Positions 22,791-24,000 of a DNA stretch of 24,000 bases are shown one piece after another. A program made the translations under genes and the position numbers. This DNA comes from Methanofollis liminatans DSM 4140 (GTDB taxonomy: Archaea; Halobacteriota; Methanomicrobia; Methanomicrobiales; Methanofollaceae). Position 1 is the stretch's first letter. Each line of letters begins with the position of its first letter. Where the stretch lies: NCBI RefSeq assembly GCF_000275865.1, contig NZ_CM001555.1, positions 1,676,967-1,700,966 on the forward strand, given 5' to 3'. A model generated the notes under the pieces. That model did not search any database. It had not been told where the DNA came from and saw only the letters and a program-made list of their open reading frames with translations.

Positions 22791-23975
22791 TCACTCCTGG
22801 TTGACCGAACAGAAGGGGTCAGAGGCCCGAGGGTCGCCGGTGGCGGCATAGGCCCGCACCCGGCAGCCGCCGCCGCAGAGGGTGCGGTAGGTGCAGGTCC
22901 CACAGGGGCCGGAGATGGGGAGGTCTCTGGCCCTGAAGAGGGAGAGGACCGGGTTGTCGGTCTCCTGCCAGAGGCGTGAGAACGGTTTTTCCCTGATGTT
23001 TCCGACGAGGAATTCGGGGAAACGGGCGAACTGGCAGGGGTAGACGTTGCCCTGCGGGTCGATGTTCGCCACCCTGAGGCCGGCGCTGCACCCGCCGTTT
23101 GTGGACTGGAGGAGGGTGCGGGCATCGGCGGCGTCGGGGGAACCGTCACGCTCCAGGGACCTGAGGAGGTGGACGCCGTCCTGGGGGGCGTCGACGGTGA
23201 GGAACTCCATGGACCCGGGGTCGGTCGTCTTCGCCTTATGGTAGAGGAGGGTGAGGGCGTCGTCCACCTCCTCCGGCCCCACCTGGAGGCGCTCGTAGGC
23301 CTCGCCGCCTCGCCCGGTGGGGACGAGCCAGTAGAGGCAGAAGCGGGAGGCGCCCAGGTCTGCCGCAAGGTCGATGAGGGGCGCAAGCTCTCCCAGGTTC
23401 TCGGTCGTCAGGGTGACACGCAGGCCGGTCCGGACGCCGGCCTCCCGGCAGAGGGCGAACCCGGCCAGGGCCCGGTCGAATGCCCCCCTGCTGTTCCTGA
23501 AGGCGTCGTGGATCGCGGGGCTCGCAGCGTCGAGGGAGATGCCGGCATAGCCGATCCCGCACTCCCGGATCATCCGGGCGGCGTCGGCGGTGATCAGGGT
23601 GCCGTTCGTGCTGAGGGCGGTCCGGATCCCGCGGTCTGCCGCCGCCCACGCCAGGTCGAGGAGGTCCTCGCGGAGGAGGGGTTCGCCGCCGGTGAAGAGG
23701 ATGAGGGGGACGCCTGCCGCCGCAAGGTCGTCAATGAGGGCGAGGGCTTCGGCGGTCGAGAGTTCTGCCTCTTTCCGGCAGTCCGGGCCCGACCGGCTGT
23801 AGCAGTGGGCGCAGGCGAGGTTGCAGCGGTCGGTGAGGTTCCAGAAGACGACCGGGCGGTAGTTCTGCACAAAGGCGAGGTATTTTCCCGGCACTTCGGT
23901 GAGCGGTCTGTTCTGGTGGCGCATGACGCCGCTGATCGTCCCGCGTCCGTGTATGCACTGTGTCAGTCTGTTCAT
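22791..23975 (-). CDS. Radical SAM/SPASM enzyme of the AhbC/AhbD/NirJ (tetrapyrrole-modifying) type
   Basis: CNLACAHCY is the CX3CX2C radical SAM motif, with FTGGEPLLRED following. The SPASM-type C-terminus reads CSAGLRVANIDPQGNVYPCQF...GNIREKPFSRLW...GPCGTCTYRTLCGGGCRVRAYA, whose overall pattern resembles NirJ/Ahb heme-pathway enzymes. Subfamily assignment needs a profile search. Confidence 0.8.
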   Translation of the reverse strand: MNRLTQCIHGRGTISGVMRHQNRPLTEVPGKYLAFVQNYRPVVFWNLTDRCNLACAHCYSRSGPDCRKEAELSTAEALALIDDLAAAGVPLILFTGGEPLLREDLLDLAWAAADRGIRTALSTNGTLITADAARMIRECGIGYAGISLDAASPAIHDAFRNSRGAFDRALAGFALCREAGVRTGLRVTLTTENLGELAPLIDLAADLGASRFCLYWLVPTGRGGEAYERLQVGPEEVDDALTLLYHKAKTTDPGSMEFLTVDAPQDGVHLLRSLERDGSPDAADARTLLQSTNGGCSAGLRVANIDPQGNVYPCQFARFPEFLVGNIREKPFSRLWQETDNPVLSLFRARDLPISGPCGTCTYRTLCGGGCRVRAYAATGDPRASDPFCSVNQE

Positions 23976-24000
23976 GGTAGATCGCCTCTGTTCTCGCCGA

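Overview
This is a high-GC archaeal chromosome segment. It is most likely from a cytochrome-free methanogen of the Methanomicrobiales type, but that organism call is an inference from gene content, TATA-box/leaderless-style promoters and oligo-T terminators. No homology search was run; all calls rest on motif recognition in the supplied translations, start/stop geometry and codon bias.

Gene content, left to right:
1. 1-2573: a toxin-antitoxin island. It holds an MNT nucleotidyltransferase with the first codons of a likely HEPN partner, a RelB-like/RelE pair, decayed HicA and HEPN fragments, an intact HicB/HicA pair, and an orphan Phd-like antitoxin.
2. 2638-3027: an archaeal class III signal-peptide pilin-like protein.
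3. 3035-4761, minus strand: a tightly coupled three-gene operon of a Cys-rich AbrB/SpoVT-fold protein, hgcA and hgcB (mercury methylation). Its promoter carries four tandem 9-bp repeats. A small membrane protein and a YbjQ-family gene are transcribed divergently.
4. 5304-7778, minus strand: DUF447, a CitG-like protein and a DUS/DHOD-like TIM-barrel protein with a Cys-rich tail (tetrahydromethanopterin-linked genes). These diverge from the coenzyme F430 genes cfbA-cfbE-cfbD-cfbB (7930-11966); cfbC is absent from the window.
5. 12014-13934: ilvE, a ferredoxin-nitroreductase fusion and tRNA-Glu(UUC).
6. 14099-19448, minus strand: a two-gene surface-protein unit, a 1417-aa beta-helix protein followed by an anchored PGF-pre-PGF protein. 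The unit is bracketed by an inverted pair of about 59-nt repeats at 85% identity, with a complex CTTCGCG hairpin region beside one copy.
7. 19870-23975: a cupin, a 4Fe-4S protein, a heme catalase and an AhbC/AhbD/NirJ-like radical SAM/SPASM enzyme.

The items most worth a second look are the AbrB-like hgc operon partner, the repeat pair bracketing the surface locus, the catalase/radical-SAM pairing, and the uncharacterised Cys-rich TIM-barrel gene. Many long alternative-frame and antisense ORFs in the track are high-GC artefacts and were rejected.
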